Source: an uncultured virus (IMG/VR IMGVR_UViG_3300020166_000012) (taxonomy: Duplodnaviria; Heunggongvirae; Uroviricota; Caudoviricetes). Taken from it: DNA of 64,000 nucleotides. A program made the position numbers and the translations under genes. Under the pieces are notes generated by a model. The model was not told where the DNA came from and ran no database searches. It worked only from the letters and a program-made list of their open reading frames with translations. Shown piece after piece: positions 58,693 through 64,000 of the stretch. The first letter of the stretch is position 1. Each line of letters starts with the position of its first letter. The stretch is from IMG/VR virus record IMGVR_UViG_3300020166_000012. One strand, given 5' to 3'.

Positions 58693-59067
58693 TCACTTTA
58701 TTTTCGAACATATTCGCGATGAGACACCGGTTGTTATAACATCTTTTTTTAGTAATTTCGATGTTGAACAAATATATGTTATTCGTGGTTTATCTATTTC
58801 TCGTATATAAATTTCAATTTCTTTATAAGCAAGATAATTTATACTTATAATTTTATTAGAAGCTGCAAATGGAATAGTATTCCATTCTTCATCATGTACA
58901 GAGATAGTATAATATTGTATTTCTTTTCTTTTATTAAATAGTTGCATTTTAGTATAAAGAAGGCCATCCATATATGACCGCTTTAATGTTGGATAGGTTG
59001 GTGTCCATTCATGGGCCGTAGCTGAAGTAGACACCAACACTAAAAATAATATTATTTTGCTATACAT
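58693..59067 (-). CDS. secreted Ig-like protein (pilus-chaperone-like)
   Basis: Signal peptide, beta-rich, LFN...Y.I.V...PF pattern, Cys pair. Confidence 0.55.
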   Translation of the reverse strand: MYSKIILFLVLVSTSATAHEWTPTYPTLKRSYMDGLLYTKMQLFNKRKEIQYYTISVHDEEWNTIPFAASNKIISINYLAYKEIEIYIREIDKPRITYICSTSKLLKKDVITTGVSSRICSKIK

Positions 59068-59549
59068 TCTGCGTTAACTAAAGCCTTATATTCGCCACCC
59101 GGAAATGATTTATCAAATCCATATGTTACAGTTGATGATACATTAAACCATGTTGAGCCAGCTATAGTAAGATCATATTCGGTTGTATTATCATAGATAA
59201 CTTTTGCTGTTTCATAACCGGACATAGTAGTTTCTGACATAGTGCCAACTGTTACTTCGCCCGTCCAGTTTACAGCATCTGTTAAAGTAGGGCTGGTTGA
59301 AAAAGTATTTGGTGTAGAAATTTTTGCAAGATATGAATCAGCAATCGCTACGTCAAACCGAATAACTGGTAAAACCCCACCGTCTGCCGGAGCAGTGCTT
59401 AGTTTATTTGGGGTAGGGTTACCATATACACCCGGAGTATCTGAATATATTGTGCATTTTGATGTGACATTTCCTGTAATGGGAAAGTCCTCAGCAATTG
59501 CTGTTGAAGCAAAAGCAATGGTGAATAATATAGAAATAGATCTAAACAT
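59052..59549 (-). CDS. secreted fimbrial/pilin-like protein
   Basis: Signal peptide, ITGNVTSKCTI N-terminus, PGGEYKALV.AEC C-terminus. Confidence 0.55.
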   Translation of the reverse strand: MFRSISILFTIAFASTAIAEDFPITGNVTSKCTIYSDTPGVYGNPTPNKLSTAPADGGVLPVIRFDVAIADSYLAKISTPNTFSTSPTLTDAVNWTGEVTVGTMSETTMSGYETAKVIYDNTTEYDLTIAGSTWFNVSSTVTYGFDKSFPGGEYKALVNAECIAK

Positions 59550-59563
59550 TTATTTCTCCTATG

Positions 59564-60463
59564 TTATCTATTGTATTGCGAGCGTACCATTGTATTATGT
59601 TGTGTGTCTGTAGATAGTGATCGCAGTGCTCTATTATTATCAGGTAATACTGAATCTTTAATTTGTAAGTTTTCTTTGTATTCGCCGCCTGGGATGAGTA
59701 CAGTATAATATGATTCAAGTATCGGAAGATTTGCTAATGCTTCAAAAGCAGCATTTTGTTGAGTTTTGTCAATAAGGCTATTGCTAGCTCCTTCGACCCT
59801 CATTCGACTTTGCATTTCTTCATTTTCCATTTCTTCCAGATCTTCTTCTGGATCTTCTTCTTCTTCTTTTATTTCAGCTTCAGTCTGGGATTCTAACCAT
59901 GTTGTATAATATGGATCGTCTTCTGATAGTTCTGTTAATCCCATATCTTGTAAATATTTATATAATGCATCTAAAAAACCGGGACAAGATGGATCATTTA
60001 ATGGACTTATACAGCTAATAGCATTTTCACCAATATCCATTTTATATGAATAAATTAATGTTGAATTGCTAATAGATCCATCACCTTCTATTTCCATAGA
60101 CCCATCACCCCATAATTCTGCATTTGAGCCAGGAAAGGTATATAACTTTCGAATATTTCCGCCATTTCCACCAGACCAATCATCTGTTTTTTCAAAAATA
60201 TATCCATCGCCAGTAGAATTTTCATTTCGAATATGTACTTTGGCGTCAGCGTCCGGATCTTTGTTCATTGTATATTGATATATCACTCCATTAATTTGAA
60301 GAGAAATATTTGGAGCAGAATGATCTGGTAAAATACCAGTCATATTCCAAGATAATCCATTGGACGTTACATTATTGGTAGTTCCGTATATTGTTTCAGA
60401 GAAGGAGTAAGAGGAGCAAACCGCCCACCACACCAACGCCACCAAGAGTGCTCTTAGTGTCAT
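59564..60463 (-). CDS. secreted protein with acidic linker
   Basis: Signal peptide, C..PL.DPSCPG. Confidence 0.7.
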   Translation of the reverse strand: MTLRALLVALVWWAVCSSYSFSETIYGTTNNVTSNGLSWNMTGILPDHSAPNISLQINGVIYQYTMNKDPDADAKVHIRNENSTGDGYIFEKTDDWSGGNGGNIRKLYTFPGSNAELWGDGSMEIEGDGSISNSTLIYSYKMDIGENAISCISPLNDPSCPGFLDALYKYLQDMGLTELSEDDPYYTTWLESQTEAEIKEEEEDPEEDLEEMENEEMQSRMRVEGASNSLIDKTQQNAAFEALANLPILESYYTVLIPGGEYKENLQIKDSVLPDNNRALRSLSTDTQHNTMVRSQYNR

Positions 60464-60977
60464 CAGACATCACCTTTCTTTTTTTATCAGAATCTGGTCG
60501 TAAATGCTTATTATCAGGCGAATTCCACGCGTCTTTTGCTTCTGAACCAATCAAACCGTCAAATGGACATGGTGTACCAGCATTCATCATTGCAGTAAAC
60601 ACACGATTATCTTCACACATAACTGATACTGCTGCAACTTTCATACCCATATCATACAAAGTTTTAGCATTTTTTAATTTCTCACAATTCATATCACGGA
60701 CTGTTTTACCGGCCGAAATACCTAATATCTGAGTTTGTACAGCACCAGCTACACCTATTGTGCATAAATCAGAATTACTCCCATTAATAGAGGGAGAAAT
60801 TGCGGAAGGTGGCGGAGATTTAATTGTAGCATTAGAATTGCTATCAGATTTTACTGTGCTATTATTAGTATTATCTGTATATATTGTATCATCTGTAACA
60901 GTATCTGTGGTGTCTTGTGCAAATACCGCAGTCGATAAACTCAATACTACTAATGTAAAAAACATTTTTTTAATCAT
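60396..60977 (-). CDS. secreted Cys-rich protein with C-terminal anchor
   Basis: PPSAISP...DLC...NCE.LK...AGTPCP; late promoter at 61035-61042. Confidence 0.75.
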   Translation of the reverse strand: MIKKMFFTLVVLSLSTAVFAQDTTDTVTDDTIYTDNTNNSTVKSDSNSNATIKSPPPSAISPSINGSNSDLCTIGVAGAVQTQILGISAGKTVRDMNCEKLKNAKTLYDMGMKVAAVSVMCEDNRVFTAMMNAGTPCPFDGLIGSEAKDAWNSPDNKHLRPDSDKKRKVMSDDTKSTLGGVGVVGGLLLLLLL

Positions 60978-61059
60978 ACGAAATAATCCTCTAATAATTA
61001 TATGCATTCGATTTTTAATTTTCATTCATATTGTTATTTATACATATAAAAAATTATAC

Positions 61060-61087
61060 AAAAAAAAGAGGAGCCAAAGCTCCTCTT
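61060..61087 (-). terminator. intrinsic terminator after the porin gene
   Basis: AAGAGGAGC-TTTG-GCTCCTCTT followed by a T-run. Confidence 0.75.
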
Positions 61088-61109
61088 AATTTCCAATTAA
61101 TTGGTTAGT

Positions 61110-61904
61110 TTAGAATGCAAAGCTTAATTCAATTGAAGGAGAAAAATCTTCACTATTTAAATTATAATTTGCGCCTGTGGTAAGCTCAGCGCCCGCAATA
61201 CCATATACAAATTCGCCACCAATATTTTGTAGCATATCAGTGTCGTCACCATTAATATATGTTGTAATTACAGATTGCTTTGCTACAAGCTCATAACCTA
61301 TTGCTGTAGTGTCTACATCATAAGATACTGCACCGCCAACTGCGGCAACACCAAGATCAACACCAGTAACGCCGGCGCCAAATACAGTATTTTCAGTATT
61401 TAAGTTATAATCAGCAGCGGCAGTAATTTCAATTCCAGCTACGGATGGGAGTACAATTGCGCCCTGTACATTGCTAATATCTGTAATATCGGCAGCAATA
61501 TCAGTAAATCCGATAGCCGCAGAAATTGCACCCATATTTACTTGTACAGATTCAGCCATTGCTGGAGCAGTAAGTGTTTGCTCGCCTTCGGCACCTGGCA
61601 TTACACCATTGTCATCGCCAATTGCAATATCGATACCGGCTACTTGTGTGCCAATTGTCCAATTATCAAGAGTAACACCATTTCCGTCTGTTGCAGAAAA
61701 GTCAAGGTTTACAGTTGAAATACCAGCAACATCAATACCAAGATCGAATGTTGGAGTTGCGGCCCATTTATCTGCAGCGGTTTCTGCAAATGTTAAAACA
61801 GCTTTACCAGATAATGTTGGGCCATATGGCAGTACTGTAGTTTCAGCATATGCTGCACCAGCAAATCCTGTTACAAGTGCAGATGTGATAAGTAAATTAC
61901 GCAT
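61110..61904 (-). CDS. porin-like outer-membrane beta-barrel protein
   Basis: Signal peptide, amphipathic strands, C-terminal SFAF. Confidence 0.75.
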   Translation of the reverse strand: MRNLLITSALVTGFAGAAYAETTVLPYGPTLSGKAVLTFAETAADKWAATPTFDLGIDVAGISTVNLDFSATDGNGVTLDNWTIGTQVAGIDIAIGDDNGVMPGAEGEQTLTAPAMAESVQVNMGAISAAIGFTDIAADITDISNVQGAIVLPSVAGIEITAAADYNLNTENTVFGAGVTGVDLGVAAVGGAVSYDVDTTAIGYELVAKQSVITTYINGDDTDMLQNIGGEFVYGIAGAELTTGANYNLNSEDFSPSIELSFAF

Positions 61905-61949
61905 TTCGTATATTCTTTCTGATTTTATAAAAATTTTAAATATTAAATA

Positions 61950-62267
61950 TGCCACTTTTCTGTTGCTAAGCAAGTGGCCAGCTCCCTGTGTTTATGCAGC
62001 TAGTGCATAACCAGATGGTGCAAAGTTATTATTTGCAGTTATAGTGTTTGATCTATACGCGATCATCCGGTTAACTCCACTTCCACTTTCACACCTGTCG
62101 ATCCTAAATGTCAGCCCCATCAAAAACACTTGAAACTTCTCCATAGCATCAGGTAGCTAAATCCTTATCTACTTCATCGAATATAGGTCGTCACCTATCA
62201 AGTGCTTATGGTGGAGCTGTCGGGATTCGCACCCGAGTCCAGTATGTGTCCACGTCGCTTCAACGTT
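61950..62267 (-). ncRNA. ssrA: two-piece (circularly permuted) tmRNA, tag ANNNFAPSGYALAA
   Basis: Acceptor piece ending CAGCTCCACCA (62210) precedes the coding piece starting GGGGCTG (62118); tag ORF at 62036-61992. Confidence 0.92.
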
Positions 62268-62415
62268 AACAAAGATACTTATAAAAATTTAATGCAAGTT
62301 GTAACTTATAATTTTATAATAATCAATTATGTGTTAATTATGTGACAATATAATGTATAAAGGGGGATTATCTCCCCCCTTATGTTTTCAAGCTATTTTA
62401 ATAGTAAGTATCGAA

Positions 62416-62793
62416 TTACTTAAACATGTATTTAGCTGTTGATGTAGATGCTTTATACATTTTACCATCTGCACCACATTGATAAACATATGGGTATTTT
62501 GGCGAACGAGGTTTAAATGCAAGTAGCTTATCGCCATTAGAATTTACAAATTTAGTGATACCATCAAGACGCGCAAACATTTCGAGGTTTTTTTGATCGT
62601 GTGATTTAGCCCCTTTAATTTTTGCATTAACTTTGATTTTAACATCATCTACATCAAAAGACATATGTCCTACTTCAATATCAAGATTTGCTTTTGATGC
62701 ATACTTATTCATTACTTCTTGCAGTTCAGCACGAAGAGCCCGACAAGTTGCACGATCAAATTTTGTGAATTTTGTTTTAGTCATAGTAGTCAT
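62416..62793 (-). CDS. hypothetical early protein
   Basis: Early promoter at 62827-62856; PRSPKYPY. Confidence 0.75.
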   Translation of the reverse strand: MTTMTKTKFTKFDRATCRALRAELQEVMNKYASKANLDIEVGHMSFDVDDVKIKVNAKIKGAKSHDQKNLEMFARLDGITKFVNSNGDKLLAFKPRSPKYPYVYQCGADGKMYKASTSTAKYMFK

Positions 62794-62913
62794 GATATAT
62801 TCCTCTTTGTTTTCATCTTATACACCTTTATAGCATATAAGAAAAGGAATGTAAACAGTTAATTTGCAATTTTATAATTTTTTTTAAAAATTCACGATAA
62901 TGTGTTATTTTAG

Positions 62914-63207
62914 TTACAACTCATTATCGTGAATATAAAGTTGAATAAGAGCATAGTGCAATACTTTCATTAGATCCTTACGAGCATCATCTCGTGATCC
63001 TTTTTTGCCATATCTATTAGAATACTTATCTACATTGCCCATGCAAAAACCGGTTCCATGCCCACGTTCAATAATAACTTCGGTTGATTGAAATTTGCTT
63101 TGTGAATAATGTCCGGAATATGTTTTATCAATATACTCTCGGAACTCATTAATAAGTTCACCTTCTTTAAATTTATAATCAATTTTTTCCTGGATCTTAT
63201 TCATCAA
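62914..63207 (-). CDS. DUF3310-like protein
   Basis: TYSGHY...GFCMGN..KY..RYGKK...DLMK..HY. Confidence 0.75.
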   Translation of the reverse strand: MMNKIQEKIDYKFKEGELINEFREYIDKTYSGHYSQSKFQSTEVIIERGHGTGFCMGNVDKYSNRYGKKGSRDDARKDLMKVLHYALIQLYIHDNEL

Positions 63208-63233
63208 AACACCTTTACGTTTTCTATTCTATA

Positions 63234-63437
63234 TTATACCATATTCTGACGCGCGCGTAAATCAAAATAATACGGATTAAGATTTAATGCTTTGGACTGT
63301 TCTTTTGCTTTTTCTTCGGATCTGCATGTTGTAATACAATAACCCGTTGAGCCACCAAGTTTAATTTCCCATCGAGATTCCCCATTAGGAGTTAATGTTT
63401 TAAAGACACGAAAATCGTTTCGTAGAGATGCTTTCAT
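63234..63437 (-). CDS. hypothetical protein
   Basis: Packed ORF. Confidence 0.6.
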   Translation of the reverse strand: MKASLRNDFRVFKTLTPNGESRWEIKLGGSTGYCITTCRSEEKAKEQSKALNLNPYYFDLRARQNMV

Positions 63438-63449
63438 AATATATTCTTT

Positions 63450-63686
63450 CTATAAGATTTCCATGCCAGTAAAATATTCTTGCTTCCACCCGCAAGCTTT
63501 AGCATAAGCTTCAACAATTTCACTATATTCTGCGGTTGCCCACATGCCAGCTTTAAGAGCCCATTGTTTCATATCCATTTGAATTGCACTTGATTGTTCC
63601 CCTTGAACCGGTTGTGCTTGATGAATACGAATCAATTCATCAGTGATCGCCGCGGCATAAAGGTTATGATAGATTGGTTGTTTCAT
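63450..63686 (-). CDS. hypothetical protein
   Basis: GGAG RBS. Confidence 0.6.
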   Translation of the reverse strand: MKQPIYHNLYAAAITDELIRIHQAQPVQGEQSSAIQMDMKQWALKAGMWATAEYSEIVEAYAKACGWKQEYFTGMEIL

Positions 63687-63688
63687 TA

Positions 63689-63979
63689 TTATACTCCCAA
63701 ATAATCGGTTTTTAGAATTTCGAGTTGCCCAATAGCGTTTGGATAACGAGTGAGTAAATTTTCAGTATTGTCTAGCAAGTCGTCACGTAAAACATCTAAG
63801 CAGTCTATGATATATGATCGGGTATATACAAAACATTCATTGTACATATCAGCTTCAACAAAAGCCCAATTGATTTTGTTATTATAATCAAAATTCTCGC
63901 GAAGAAAAATCGCGGTATTAAAAGCTTCGACTACATCATTTTTGATGGCCGAACCATTTGCTAGATGATAGATTGTCAT
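63689..63979 (-). CDS. INW-motif family protein (paralog of 51266-51472)
   Basis: IKNDVVEAFN.A...EN....INWAFVEAD. Confidence 0.75.
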   Translation of the reverse strand: MTIYHLANGSAIKNDVVEAFNTAIFLRENFDYNNKINWAFVEADMYNECFVYTRSYIIDCLDVLRDDLLDNTENLLTRYPNAIGQLEILKTDYLGV

Positions 63980-64000
63980 ACTGATTCCTTTATTTAGTAT

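Noticed and set aside
61471..62010. Plus-strand ORF of 179 aa and similar antisense ORFs (e.g. 59242-59613, 43114-43464)
   Set aside because: Antisense shadows of well-supported minus-strand genes.
1..64000. Stop-codon reassignment or selenoprotein recoding
   Set aside because: Core genes are intact under the standard code and no suppressor or Sec tRNA was seen.

Overview
This window is a 64-kb segment of an AT-rich, T4-like (large myovirus) phage genome, almost entirely encoded on the minus strand. The host is probably a marine alphaproteobacterium, inferred from a circularly permuted two-piece tmRNA and an alpha-type porin. Core genes include gp32, gp33, RNase H, DHFR, glutaredoxin, PhoH and a class I ribonucleotide reductase with the ATP-cone fused to NrdB. 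It also carries six tRNAs, a GH19 endolysin, a lipase, a spanin pair, a roughly 8-kb glycan-modification cluster, many small early genes behind repeated early promoters, and a late cluster of secreted pilin/chaperone-like genes. The most striking feature is a late operon (about 39.5-49.8 kb). Most of its proteins begin with a T4 internal-protein-like capsid-targeting peptide, and it includes a 952-aa apparent polyprotein made of small modules separated by prohead-protease-like sites. Two of these modules match stand-alone early genes elsewhere in the window. Two tandem long-stem ncRNA candidates lie at 50961-51249. All calls come from reading motifs by eye; no database searches were run.
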